A stretch of DNA of 64,000 nucleotides from an uncultured Candidatus Saccharibacteria bacterium (GTDB lineage Bacteria; Patescibacteriota; Minisyncoccia; Phycocordibacterales; SBAW01). The translations under genes were made by a program, and so were the position numbers. A model generated the notes under the pieces. It had not been told where the DNA came from and did no database searches. It worked only from the letters and a program-made list of their open reading frames with translations. The stretch lies in the NCBI GenBank assembly GCA_964650645.1, contig CAZYUH010000001.1:639202-703201 (forward strand), written 5' to 3'. Below are positions 1 to 9,268 of the stretch, one piece after another (the stretch's first letter is position 1; the number at the start of each line of letters is the position of its first letter).

Positions 1-190
1 CAACCGCCGCCGTGGTGCTTGCCGCGCCCTGCCCTTCAGTGAACGGCTGGGGCCATAGGGTCGCCAAAAGCGCGCCAAGAACAATGCCGCACACGAGGAG
101 TCCCGCATAGACGGGCGCGTGGGAGCGGGCCGCGCGCCTGCTGCTGGGGAATCCGAAATCGGGCTTGGATGCGGGGGCGTTTTCCTTCAT
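1..190 (-). CDS. 5' part of a membrane-anchored protein running off the window edge (MKENAPASKPDF...VYAGLLVCGIVLGALLATLW...)
   Basis: Manual translation from ATG at 190; open to the window edge; one hydrophobic helix. Not in the ORF track because it is truncated. Confidence 0.6.
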   Translation of the reverse strand, partial: MKENAPASKPDFGFPSSRRAARSHAPVYAGLLVCGIVLGALLATLWPQPFTEGQGAASTTAAV

Positions 191-221
191 GGGCTCTTCA
201 GGGACGCTCGGCGTCCTGGCG

Positions 222-1079
222 CTATTTTACATTGCCCGTGCCGCCGCACAAGGCGCCGGCTTCTTCCAGCGCGGCATCGGCCTTCGAGCCCGACACCCCC
301 GCTTCTTCCAGCACGTTGGGAGAGCGCACGAGGTCGCTGCACAGCACCACCTTCCTTTCAAGCAAAAGGGCCTTCTCGCGGCGCCCGAGCGCCGTCAGCG
401 CGGTTACCGGGTAGAGGCCCGCGGCGTCGATGCGGTCGTGGAGCGTCGCGCCGCGCGGCTGTTCCCAGCTTAAGAGCTCGAGCCCGGTGCACGACGCGTA
501 GTGGCTTGCGTGGGACGTGAATTTCGTATTGGTGGCAAGCAAGCCGCGCACGACTGCCGCTTCTTCGCCGCCTTTGGGCTTTTTCGCGCCCCGCCCCGCC
601 CGTATGTCGTCCATGCGCGCCTTCACGTAGAGCGCGGTCTTGAGGTCGGTCTTGAAGCCCGGGCTGTTGTGGAACTTCGCCTCGACGTACATGAGCTCCC
701 CGCCCCTGCTCGCCACGACGTCCACCTCGTGCTCGACGCACGCGCCCGCGATGATGCGCCCCGTCGACGCCTCCCAACCCTCGGCGCGCAGGAGCGCGGC
801 CAGGTAGGTCTCGAAGGGAAAGCCTGAGGGCCCGAAGTCCCATACGGCGCGCTTGAGGCTGTAGCGCGCGGCCAGGCCGCGGCGCCGGTTTCGCAGGCGC
901 GCGAACGCGCGCCGGTAGAGCTCCTGCGTCGTCATGCCGTTGAACAGCTCCCCTTCGAGCTCGCGCGATATCTCGTAGGCGTCGGTGCGGTCGGCGCCAG
1001 CGCGCGCCAGCGAGCCCAGGAGCTTGTGCGCGTCGAACGCCTCGCGCGTGCCGTCGGCTTTGGTGATGAGAACCGCCAT
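222..1079 (-). CDS. ATP-cone domain + Mrr-like PD-(D/E)xK nuclease domain protein
   Basis: N-terminal ITKADGTREAFDAHKL (ATP cone); YSLKRA..GPSGFPFE; HEVDV...YVEAK catalytic motif. Start moved to 1079 (TATACT 7 nt upstream). Confidence 0.85.
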   Translation of the reverse strand: MAVLITKADGTREAFDAHKLLGSLARAGADRTDAYEISRELEGELFNGMTTQELYRRAFARLRNRRRGLAARYSLKRAVWDFGPSGFPFETYLAALLRAEGWEASTGRIIAGACVEHEVDVVASRGGELMYVEAKFHNSPGFKTDLKTALYVKARMDDIRAGRGAKKPKGGEEAAVVRGLLATNTKFTSHASHYASCTGLELLSWEQPRGATLHDRIDAAGLYPVTALTALGRREKALLLERKVVLCSDLVRSPNVLEEAGVSGSKADAALEEAGALCGGTGNVK

Positions 1080-1084
1080 TACCC

Positions 1085-2143
1085 TCAGTATACGCGCACT
1101 TCCCGGATGACTCCCCCGCCCAGGCACCTGCCGTGTTTATAAGCGACAAGCGACTGCCCCGGCGGCGCGTAGTGCGGCTCCGTGAGCGTGACGGTTCCCG
1201 CTTGCGCGTCGAGCTCCGCTCCAATGAGCTCCTGGCGGTAGCGGTACCGCGCGAGGCAGGGCCCGTTTTCAACAGGCCCTATCCAGTTGGCGTCGCTCAA
1301 AACCAGCTCCGTGCGCGCGGCGCCGGCCGGGAACCTGCGTTCCGAGACCGTGATGGTGTTCGCGCGCGCGTCCTTGCCTATGACATAGAGGGGCGTGGCG
1401 CTCGGTCCCTGCGCCTTGAGGGAAAAGCCGTGGCGCTGGCCCATGGTGTAGAGCGCCGCGCCTTGGTGCGCGCCGATAACCTCTCCTGCCTCGTTCAGCA
1501 CCGCGCCTGGCGCCGGATGCAGCTCCTTCTTAAGCATGTCGCTAATCGACACGGATCCCAAAAAGCACAGGCCCTGGCTGTCTTTCCGCGCCGCATTCGG
1601 CAGCCCGAGCTTTCGCGCCAGCGCCCGCACCCGCGGCTTCTGCATGCCCCCTACGGGAAAGAGCGTGCGCGCTAGCGCCTCCTGCGGCACGGCCCATAAA
1701 AAGTACGACTGGTCCTTGCCGTGGTCGGCGCCCGCATACAGCAGGCCGTCCTTTGTCTGAGCGTAGTGGCCCGTCGCCACGACGTCGGCGCCCTGCGCGA
1801 GCGCCCACTCGAAAAAAAGCCCGAACTTTATCTCGCGGTTGCATAGCGCGTCGGGGTTGGGCGTGCGCCCCTCGCTGAATTCCCGCATCGACTCGGCGAA
1901 CACGCGCTCGCGGTACTCCCGCGAGAGGTCCACTTCCCTGAACGGAATGCCCAGGTGCGCGGCGGCGCGCATGGCATCGATGCGGTCCTGCCCGGCGGTG
2001 CACGGGTATCCCTCCAGCGATATCCGGATGAACGCGCCGACCACGCGGTACCCCTGCCGCGCAAGAAGGGCCGCGGATACGGCGGAGTCCACCCCGCCCG
2101 AGAGCCCTACATATGCGGTGCGCGCGCCTTTGGTGCCTTGCAT
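1085..2143 (-). CDS. mnmA: tRNA-specific 2-thiouridylase
   Basis: SGGVDS PP-loop, TPNPDALCNREIKF, ATGHYA, KDQSYFL, DSQGLCF, PGQS motifs. Confidence 0.96.
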   Translation of the reverse strand: MQGTKGARTAYVGLSGGVDSAVSAALLARQGYRVVGAFIRISLEGYPCTAGQDRIDAMRAAAHLGIPFREVDLSREYRERVFAESMREFSEGRTPNPDALCNREIKFGLFFEWALAQGADVVATGHYAQTKDGLLYAGADHGKDQSYFLWAVPQEALARTLFPVGGMQKPRVRALARKLGLPNAARKDSQGLCFLGSVSISDMLKKELHPAPGAVLNEAGEVIGAHQGAALYTMGQRHGFSLKAQGPSATPLYVIGKDARANTITVSERRFPAGAARTELVLSDANWIGPVENGPCLARYRYRQELIGAELDAQAGTVTLTEPHYAPPGQSLVAYKHGRCLGGGVIREVRVY

Positions 2144-2161
2144 GCCCCTGTTATAGCCCGT

Positions 2162-3211
2162 TTAGAAGTACGGGTCGAGGTACTTCTTCTTGTTGGCCAT
2201 GTGCGCCTCGTAATTCGTCGCGAAGTGGAAGTTGCCGTCGAGGTCCGAGAGGAAGAAGACGTACGAGCTTTCAATCGGGTTGAGCGCAGCGGTTATCGAA
2301 TCGAGGCCCGGGTTGTTTATGGGGCCCGGCGGCAAACCCTTGTACTTGTAGGTGTTGTACGGCGAGTCTATCTTGAGGTCGTCGAGCGTCACCTCGAACG
2401 TATTCTTGTTTATTATGTACGGGAAGACCGCGTCCACCTGCAGCGGCATGCCTATGTCGATGCGGTGCCACAGCACGCCCGCAATCTTCTGCCGGTCGGA
2501 GGTCTTGCTCGCCTCCTTCTCGAGTATCGACGCCATGGTCAGGATCTCGAGCTCGCTGTGGCCCGAGGCTTCTATCTGCTTCTGGAGCTTCGCGATGCGC
2601 GTGTGGTACGCGTTGTTGAAGACCGAGAGTATGGCCTCGGTGCTGTCCGACGGCATGAAGAAGTACGTGTCGGGGAACAGGTAGCCCTCCTTGCTCTCGG
2701 TCGCCTGGAGGAACGCGCGCCGGTCGAAATCAGGCAATTTCTCAAAGAGGATGCGCGCGATGTCGCGGGTGGTGGAGCCTTCGGGCACGAGCACGCGCAC
2801 CGGCGTGGTCTCGAAGGCCCCGGTTACCACGCGCATGGCGACCTGGAGGATGTTCTGCTCGCGCCCGAAGTAGTACACGCCGGCGGGCACGGCGCGGTCA
2901 TTGCCCATGAGCCGCGCCGCCTGCCTGAACGTCCACGCGTTGCGGACGATGCCGCGCGACTCGAATATCTCCCCCACTTCCTTGAGCGTGCTCCCTTCCG
3001 GGACCGTGACGTACGAGCCCGAGGGGAAGTACGAGACCGGCGCGAGCATGAGCGCGTACGCGCCCCACAGCAGGAGCAGCAGGAATCCTGCCGTAACGAG
3101 GATGTGCTCGACGATGCGCAGGCCGCGGTACCAGCTCCAGCCGCGGATGCCCCAATGCATGAACGTCGGGAAATGGAAATGGAGCTTTGCTACGTGGTGG
3201 GGCTTGAGCAT
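2162..3211 (-). CDS. mltG: endolytic transglycosylase MltG (YceG family)
   Basis: N-terminal TM; EGYLFPDTY, MASILEKE, MPLQVD, SPYNTYKYKGLPPGPINNPG. Confidence 0.95.
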   Translation of the reverse strand: MLKPHHVAKLHFHFPTFMHWGIRGWSWYRGLRIVEHILVTAGFLLLLLWGAYALMLAPVSYFPSGSYVTVPEGSTLKEVGEIFESRGIVRNAWTFRQAARLMGNDRAVPAGVYYFGREQNILQVAMRVVTGAFETTPVRVLVPEGSTTRDIARILFEKLPDFDRRAFLQATESKEGYLFPDTYFFMPSDSTEAILSVFNNAYHTRIAKLQKQIEASGHSELEILTMASILEKEASKTSDRQKIAGVLWHRIDIGMPLQVDAVFPYIINKNTFEVTLDDLKIDSPYNTYKYKGLPPGPINNPGLDSITAALNPIESSYVFFLSDLDGNFHFATNYEAHMANKKKYLDPYF

Positions 3212-3220
3212 GCGTGGATA

Positions 3221-4660
3221 TTAAACGGGTAAATTAATGGGCGCGTCGGAGCGGCGCGAAGGCACGCGGTCGAGCGCCGGGGTCTGCACCGCCGAGCTCG
3301 GGAAGTGCCATATCGTCGCGAGCTCTTCGGTGTTGAGGAGCGTCGGAACCTGGTCGTACGGCACGTTGAAGTACGCGCGGTGCTTGTAGCGGAAGAGCAG
3401 GTTGCGGCGCACGCGGTTCTCGCGGATGCCGTTGTAGTCCTGCCACGGGTAGTCGAAGTCGCTGTTGCCGCGCGTGGGCATGATGCCGTTGTAATTCGGC
3501 TGGTTGTATGCGTCGAAGAACTTGACCACGCTGCCTATGTTGGTGCCGTTGAAGCTCCCGTCGTTGCGGCCTATGTACAGGACGCGTATGCCGCACTCGA
3601 AGTACAGCTTGGTAAGCGAGCGCTCTATGGCCTCCACTTGCAGCTTCTCGCCGCCGGAGAGAAGCGTCGAGCCGCGGGCGCCCACCCTCTTCTTCTCCGC
3701 ATCGTCGGTGACGAACGATTGGGCGCGCTTGATAGCCTGCTCGGTTATCTTGCCTATTTTCTTCTTCGCGCCGTCCTTCCACGGGTTGCCGGGCGCCGGG
3801 AACCCGTACCACCAATTGGTGCCGCCGAGGCTGTTGCTCTTGGGGGCCCTCATGATTATCTGCATCCACAAGTGCTCCCCTTGCCCTATCTGGCCCAAAA
3901 ACTCGACCAGGTTCGAGATGGGGTCGACCTGTATCTCGGGCTTGTCGGGGCTCTTGTCGAGCCCGTAGTCTATGTAGGTCTTTATGGGTAGGGCGTCGGC
4001 GTCAGCCGTTTTCTTGAACTCGGCGCCCCACAGCCCGTAGTCCTGCGCGTTGTACGGGATGCTGTCGGCATAATCGGCGACCTCCGTGATGCGCGCTTCG
4101 GGGAACTGCCCGTAGAGCTTCGCTTCGAGGATATTCTTCCAGCCCTTGCGGCAATGGAGGTAGAACTTGACCTGGCCCTCGTGGCTCGCGATTTCGAGCG
4201 TGAATATGGCGCGGGTCTTCCCTTCCCATATGCGCGCGATGAACGTGCTCTCGCCGCCCGAGTTGTACATGGCGGAAAGGAACAGCTCCATCGAAAGCGG
4301 CGACTTGGTCACTTCCGGCGGCAGCTGGATCTCGAGGAGGACGTGCTCCTGCTTGAACCAGAACATGTACTGGATGTAGTGTATCCACGTTATCCAGAAA
4401 AATATGGCGAGCCCCACGGGGAGCCACACCGGCGAGAGCGCGATGACCATGGCGAGCGTGCCTGAAACGGCGGCCGGGTCGGTGCCGCCCGCGACAATGA
4501 GCAGGACCACGAGCGCCGCCGGCATCACGACCAGCGCCTCGAATCCCCAGCCGCCTATCCATTCTTCAACCGCTGCCGCGCCGTCGTGCGTCCAGAACAA
4601 GAACGCCTTCTTGTACCAGGGCTGTTCTGAAAAAGGTACGCCGCCCGCGCCTTGTGCCAT
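3221..4660 (-). CDS. conserved membrane-anchored hypothetical protein (CPR-type, ELATIWHFP C-terminal motif)
   Basis: Start reassigned to ATG 4660 (TATAAT 6 nt upstream); two N-terminal TMs; LLEIQLP, FTLEIAS, YGQFPEA, LPIKTY, LNTEELATIWHFP motifs typical of a CPR family often associated with coupling-protein ATPases. Confidence 0.8.
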   Translation of the reverse strand: MAQGAGGVPFSEQPWYKKAFLFWTHDGAAAVEEWIGGWGFEALVVMPAALVVLLIVAGGTDPAAVSGTLAMVIALSPVWLPVGLAIFFWITWIHYIQYMFWFKQEHVLLEIQLPPEVTKSPLSMELFLSAMYNSGGESTFIARIWEGKTRAIFTLEIASHEGQVKFYLHCRKGWKNILEAKLYGQFPEARITEVADYADSIPYNAQDYGLWGAEFKKTADADALPIKTYIDYGLDKSPDKPEIQVDPISNLVEFLGQIGQGEHLWMQIIMRAPKSNSLGGTNWWYGFPAPGNPWKDGAKKKIGKITEQAIKRAQSFVTDDAEKKRVGARGSTLLSGGEKLQVEAIERSLTKLYFECGIRVLYIGRNDGSFNGTNIGSVVKFFDAYNQPNYNGIMPTRGNSDFDYPWQDYNGIRENRVRRNLLFRYKHRAYFNVPYDQVPTLLNTEELATIWHFPSSAVQTPALDRVPSRRSDAPINLPV

Positions 4661-4684
4661 GCTACTATTATACCTGAACATAGC

Positions 4685-5023
4685 ATGGAGCCGAACTCCT
4701 TGAACAATTTCGACACGCTCAACCGCAACGTGGACGCCTTCAATGCCGCCGTGGGCCAGGGATTCTGGGACGTCGTATTCGCTCACCCGACGCTCTACCT
4801 CGGCTACGCGTTCGCGTTCCTGGCCGCGCTCGCCTTCCTGAAGTTCTTCAGGGGGTTCGCCGCGGGCCTGCCCAAGGTGTTCACTATCGACTGGAACGAG
4901 GAGCACCAGGCGCACCACAGGCTGCGCGTGACGCAGGGCTTCTTCATGCTCCTGTACCTCTTCATCGCTTGGGAGCTCGCGCGGTGGGTGCTGGGCGGCC
5001 TGCTTGGGCTGTTCGGATACTAA
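4685..5023 (+). CDS. small membrane protein (2 TM)
   Basis: ATG 4685 (MEPNSLNN), host-like codon usage, two hydrophobic segments, hairpin immediately after the stop. Confidence 0.75.
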   Translation: MEPNSLNNFDTLNRNVDAFNAAVGQGFWDVVFAHPTLYLGYAFAFLAALAFLKFFRGFAAGLPKVFTIDWNEEHQAHHRLRVTQGFFMLLYLFIAWELARWVLGGLLGLFGY

Positions 5024-5048
5024 AAATCCCTCCATAAGGGAGGGTTTT
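5022..5048. terminator. bidirectional intrinsic terminator
   Basis: AAAATCCCTCC-ataag-GGAGGGTTTT hairpin between convergent genes. Confidence 0.65.
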
Positions 5049-5057
5049 CGGTGCGGA

Positions 5058-5221
5058 GGAAAGCAAGGTTGGCGGAGTGTCGCGAGGGTGACGGCCCGTA
5101 GCGTATGTAGGCATATCATCTTCGGTCGCTCGGAATCAAAAGCAAAGCTTTTGTTCTCTCGCTCGCTCGATGATAGGAATTTTCCTCAGAAAATATCCGC
5201 ACTCCGGCGGCCTTGCTTTCC
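5058..5221. repeat. ~165-bp multi-branch palindromic element
   Basis: Terminal IR GGAAAGCAAGG (5058-5068)/CCTTGCTTTCC (5211-5221), inner CGGAGTG/CACTCCG, internal hairpins ATCATC...GATGAT and GGAATTTTC-ctca-GAAAATATCC. Confidence 0.75.
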
Positions 5222-5226
5222 GGAGC

Positions 5227-6270
5227 TTATTTTACCAGCGAGAACGCGCCGTCCTTGCCGCGCTTGAAATACTTCTGGTTCTGCAGGTTGACCACTATGG
5301 TGCCCGGCTTCACGTGGCGCTCCTTGAGCACCGCGGCGATTATCTGGTCCTTGGTCATGGGGCCGCTCTTGCGCAGGGCCTCGCGGATGACGTCGCGCAC
5401 GACGCCAGTGGTGTAGCCCCACTCCTTGAGGGCGTACATGCCGCGGCCCACCAAGACGAAGCGGTCGTCCTTTATGAGCTCGTTGTGGGTGGTGGCCACG
5501 TGCGCCGCGCGGTTGAACATCTTCTCGATGAGGTTCGATACCTCGCGGAAATGGAGCGGCGAGCCGTGCTTCTTGACGGCGAGGTACGCGTAGTCGCGCA
5601 CGCCCTTGGTCTTCACGTTGGACGACGATGCCGGACCCCACTCGCCCAGCGGGTTCTTGCCGATGCCCTTGGAAATGGACAGCCAGCGGCGCAAGACCTC
5701 CTCGTTGCGGTGCTTGTCGTTGATGCTCTGGAGCTCCTTGAGGAAGCGGTCTATCATCTCGCCCTCAGGGATGAGGTCCTCGTCGGAGAGGCCGGCGTAG
5801 AGGTCCTTGAGCGCGTTCTCGACCTTCTGGGCGAGCTCGGGGTCCACGTACCAGCAGCGGTTGACCTCGTCGTCCTCCTTGCGGAACTTGAACGGGTCGC
5901 CGAGTACCAAAAGGAAGTAGATATGGTTCTGCATCGACTTGTCCTTGGTCATGAAATTGAGCAGGTCGTCCTCGCAGACGATGCCGCCCAGGCCGTCGAT
6001 GATGCGCTGGAGCTCCTCGAACGCCTCCTGCGCCGCCGCGAAGCCCGGGGACTTCTTGAGGCTCGCCAGCGCGTGGTTCTCTATCTGGCGGACGCGCTCG
6101 CGGGTGATGCCGTAGCGCTTGCCTATGGCCTCGAGCGTGACGCGCTCGGAGGAGGCGCCCAGGCCGAAGCGCGCCTCGAGCACGGTGCGGGAGCGCTCGG
6201 GAAGCGCCTGGAGGAGCTTCTTCACTATCGCCTTGGGCTTGAAGCCCGTTTTGTCCGCGGTAGATGCCAT
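5227..6270 (-). CDS. sigma70 region-4 HTH + HARE-HTH (RNAP delta-like) domain protein
   Basis: TLEAIGKRYGITRERVRQIE (sigma R4); PLHFREV...TTHNELIKDDRFVLVGRGMYALKEWGY (HARE-HTH). Confidence 0.88.
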   Translation of the reverse strand: MASTADKTGFKPKAIVKKLLQALPERSRTVLEARFGLGASSERVTLEAIGKRYGITRERVRQIENHALASLKKSPGFAAAQEAFEELQRIIDGLGGIVCEDDLLNFMTKDKSMQNHIYFLLVLGDPFKFRKEDDEVNRCWYVDPELAQKVENALKDLYAGLSDEDLIPEGEMIDRFLKELQSINDKHRNEEVLRRWLSISKGIGKNPLGEWGPASSSNVKTKGVRDYAYLAVKKHGSPLHFREVSNLIEKMFNRAAHVATTHNELIKDDRFVLVGRGMYALKEWGYTTGVVRDVIREALRKSGPMTKDQIIAAVLKERHVKPGTIVVNLQNQKYFKRGKDGAFSLVK

Positions 6271-6363
6271 GGAATGTTTATGTGTTCTAATATATCACAG
6301 TCTAATAATGTGGTCAAACCCTGTCAAACTTGAAAAAATGTTGCAAAGCTTGCTTTCGCGCCT

Positions 6364-9195
6364 CTACGCTACCACAAGCGCGGCTATTTTGCCCGGCACG
6401 TAGAGCGCCTTCTTTTCCTCCTTTCCGTCGAGCCATTTGGACGCGGCGGCGCGGGCGGCGGCAAGCGCCTCCGCTTCGGTCGCATCGGGCGCTATGGAGA
6501 TAGTGGCGCGCACTTTGCCGTTCACCTGCACGGCAATAGTGACGCTTTCCTGCGCCAGCTTCGACGCGTCGGCCTCGGGCCACAGTGCTGTGTGCACCGA
6601 GCCCTCGAACCCTGCCGTGCTCCACAGCTCTTCCGTTATATGCGGCGCGAACGGCGCCAAGAGCTTTAAAAACGCCTCCCACTGCCCGCGGCCTATCGCT
6701 TTGGCGCTCTCCGCGGCATTGAGGAATATCATCATCGCGCTCACCGCCGTGTTGAATTTGAACGAGGCGATGTCGCCGCCCACCTTGGCAACGGTCCTAT
6801 GGAGCTCCGCCTCAAGCGCCTCGACCGGCGCGTCCCGCACCAAGCTCTCCAGTTTCCATACGCGCTCTATGAAGCGGCGCGAGCCGGTCAGGTTCTCGGT
6901 GCTCCAGCGGATCGTGTTCTCGAACGGGCCCATGAACATCTCGTAGATGCGGAACGCGTCGGCGCCGTGCTCGGCCACCACGTCGTCCGGGTTTATGACA
7001 TTTCCGTAGCGCTTGCTCATCTTGCGGCCGTCCTCCGCGAGGATGAAGCCCAGGAACTCGAGCCGCGCGAAGGGTTCAATGGTCGAGACCGCGCCAATGT
7101 CGTAGAGGAATTTGTGCCAGAAGCGCGCGTATATGAGGTGGCGCACCGCGTGGTCGCCGCCCACGTACACGTCGACGGGCGCCCAATACTTCTCCTTGTC
7201 GGGCGCCACGAGCGCAGATGCATTATGCGGGTCCATGAAGCGCAGGTAATACCACGAGGAGCCCGCCCATTGCGGCATGGTGTTGGTCTCGCGCCGGGCG
7301 GGACCGCCGCATTCGGGGCACGTCGTATTGACCCACGACTCTATGGCCGCCAAGGGCGATTCGCCGGTGCCGGAGGGCTCGTAGCTCTCGACTTCGGGCA
7401 AAAGGACCGGCAATTGGTCCTCAGGAACGGCTACGGCGCCGTCCTTGGGGCAATGGATGATCGGGATGGGCTCGCCCCAGTAGCGCTGGCGGCTGAAGAC
7501 CCAATCCTTGAGCTTGTAATTGGTCGTCATTTTCCCGCCCACGGCCTCGGTAATCGCGCGCCTGGCTTCCGCACTCTCCATGCCGTCGAATGCGCCGGAA
7601 TTGATGAGGTAGCCCTGCCCGGCAATCGCCTCGTCGCGGTGCAGCAGGCGCCACACGAGCTTTTGGTGCTCAGGGGTGAGGCGCGACGCGACTTCGGCCT
7701 CATCGGCCCATGCGAGCGTGTGGAGCGCCTGCTCGCGTTCGGATATGCTGCCCTGCCCCTCAAGGCCGTCGACTTCGGCGAGGAGAGCCCATGCGTGCGC
7801 GCAGCGGTTCTCGTTCTTGTGCGAGGCGAAATAGCGGGCTGCGGTAATCCAGGGCGCCAATTTTATTATCTTCACGCCCTCCAGCGCGGCTTCTTCCTTA
7901 ATTTCCGCAAGAGCGGCCTGCTCGGGCGTCTGGCCCGGCTCTATGCCGCCCATAATGGCGGTCGTAAGCCCTTCAAGCGAGCCGTGCCAATCCAAAAGGG
8001 CGAATTTGCCGGTGTGCTTGTCGCGCAGGTGGACTATTACCGTGTCGCGCTTCACTTCTTCCAGGCCCGGCTCGGGCGGATTGTCCGCGTCCGCCTCGCA
8101 GGGCACGACGACTTGCCTGACAGGCAGGCCGAACTTCCGGGCGAACTCAAAGTCGCGCTCGTCATGCGCAGGCACGGCCATGATGGCGCCTGTGCCGTAC
8201 TGACCAAGCACGTAATCGGCGATAAATACGGGAATCTCCTCGTTGTTCGCCGGATTGACGGCCTTGATTCCCTTCAATTCCACGCCGGTCTTCTCTTTTG
8301 CCGCGCCGCGCTCAATTTCGGTCTTTTGCTCGGCCGCTTTCGCATAGGAAAGCGCTTCATCCCGGTTTTCCACCCTGTCTGCCAGCTTTTTTACAAGCGG
8401 ATGCTCGGGCGCCAGCACCATGTACGTGGCGCCAAAGAGCGTGTCGGCGCGCGTCGTAAACACGCGCACCTTCTCGTTAGAATCCTTGAGCGCGAAGTCT
8501 ATCTCGGAGCCTTCCGAGCGGCCTATCCAGTTCCTTTGGGCCTCCTTTATGTGCTCGGGCCACTGGAGCTGGTCGAGGTCGGCGAGCATGCGGTCGGCGT
8601 AGTCGGTTATTTTGAGCACCCACTGCGGCAGGCGCTTCTTCTCCACCTTGGTGCCGCACCGCTCGCATTCGTCGCCGTCGAGGTCCTCGTTGGCGAGCCC
8701 CGTCATGCATGACGGGCACCAGTTGATGGGCTCATCGCTCTGGTACGCCAGCCCCTTCTTGAACATCTGCAGGAATATCCATTGCGTCCACTTGTAGAAC
8801 TCCGGATCGGTCGTGTTTATCTCGCGGCTCCAGTCGTAATCGAAGCCGATATTGGCCAATTGCTCCTTGAACGTGGCGATGTTCTTTTGGACCGCCGCGC
8901 GCGGGTGCACCTTGTGCTTTATCGCGAAATTCTCCGCCGGAAGGCCGAACGCGTCCCAGCCCATGGGGTGGAGCACGTTGTGCCCGCGCATGCGCATGTG
9001 GCGGCTGTAGATGTCGGTGGCGATGTAGCCTTTGGGGTGGCCTACGTGGAGCCCTTCGCCCGAGGGGTACGGGAACATGTCGAGCACGAACGTCTTGGGC
9101 TTCTGCGAGCCGTCCTCCGCCCTGTAAATGCCGCTTGCGGCCCAGGCATCCTGCCACTTCTTCTCTACCGTACGGTGGTCGTATGGCCCCTTCAT
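6364..9195 (-). CDS. leuS: leucine--tRNA ligase with NUDIX-like insertion
   Basis: MFPYPSGEGLHVGH (HIGH), GWDAFGLPAEN, VFTTRADT and GTGAIMAVPAHDERD (CP1 editing), SRQRYWGEPIP, KMSKR. Confidence 0.97.
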   Translation of the reverse strand: MKGPYDHRTVEKKWQDAWAASGIYRAEDGSQKPKTFVLDMFPYPSGEGLHVGHPKGYIATDIYSRHMRMRGHNVLHPMGWDAFGLPAENFAIKHKVHPRAAVQKNIATFKEQLANIGFDYDWSREINTTDPEFYKWTQWIFLQMFKKGLAYQSDEPINWCPSCMTGLANEDLDGDECERCGTKVEKKRLPQWVLKITDYADRMLADLDQLQWPEHIKEAQRNWIGRSEGSEIDFALKDSNEKVRVFTTRADTLFGATYMVLAPEHPLVKKLADRVENRDEALSYAKAAEQKTEIERGAAKEKTGVELKGIKAVNPANNEEIPVFIADYVLGQYGTGAIMAVPAHDERDFEFARKFGLPVRQVVVPCEADADNPPEPGLEEVKRDTVIVHLRDKHTGKFALLDWHGSLEGLTTAIMGGIEPGQTPEQAALAEIKEEAALEGVKIIKLAPWITAARYFASHKNENRCAHAWALLAEVDGLEGQGSISEREQALHTLAWADEAEVASRLTPEHQKLVWRLLHRDEAIAGQGYLINSGAFDGMESAEARRAITEAVGGKMTTNYKLKDWVFSRQRYWGEPIPIIHCPKDGAVAVPEDQLPVLLPEVESYEPSGTGESPLAAIESWVNTTCPECGGPARRETNTMPQWAGSSWYYLRFMDPHNASALVAPDKEKYWAPVDVYVGGDHAVRHLIYARFWHKFLYDIGAVSTIEPFARLEFLGFILAEDGRKMSKRYGNVINPDDVVAEHGADAFRIYEMFMGPFENTIRWSTENLTGSRRFIERVWKLESLVRDAPVEALEAELHRTVAKVGGDIASFKFNTAVSAMMIFLNAAESAKAIGRGQWEAFLKLLAPFAPHITEELWSTAGFEGSVHTALWPEADASKLAQESVTIAVQVNGKVRATISIAPDATEAEALAAARAAASKWLDGKEEKKALYVPGKIAALVVA

Positions 9196-9220
9196 TGCTA
9201 CTCAAAATACCACACGAAGC

Positions 9221-9263
9221 AAAAAAGAACACCGCCGGCGACAAGCCGGCGGTGTTCTTTTTT
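9221..9263. terminator. intrinsic terminator between the DUF5671 gene and leuS
   Basis: AAAAAAGAACACCGCCGGC-gacaa-GCCGGCGGTGTTCTTTTTT perfect IR. Confidence 0.8.
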
Positions 9264-9268
9264 ACCAA

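Noticed and set aside
5054-5068. RNase P RNA suggested by GAGGAAAG
   Set aside because: Not followed by TCC, no CR-V motif, and too short; the sequence is part of the element's terminal IR.
4661-5119. N-terminal 153 aa of the 632-aa ORF
   Set aside because: It is the antisense of the 4685-5023 gene; the true start at 4660 has TATAAT just upstream.
6799-8712. Long plus-strand ORFs opposite core genes (also 31168-32946, 1955-3232, 53512-54717, 41444-42685)
   Set aside because: Antisense shadow ORFs expected from high GC3; no recognisable motifs.
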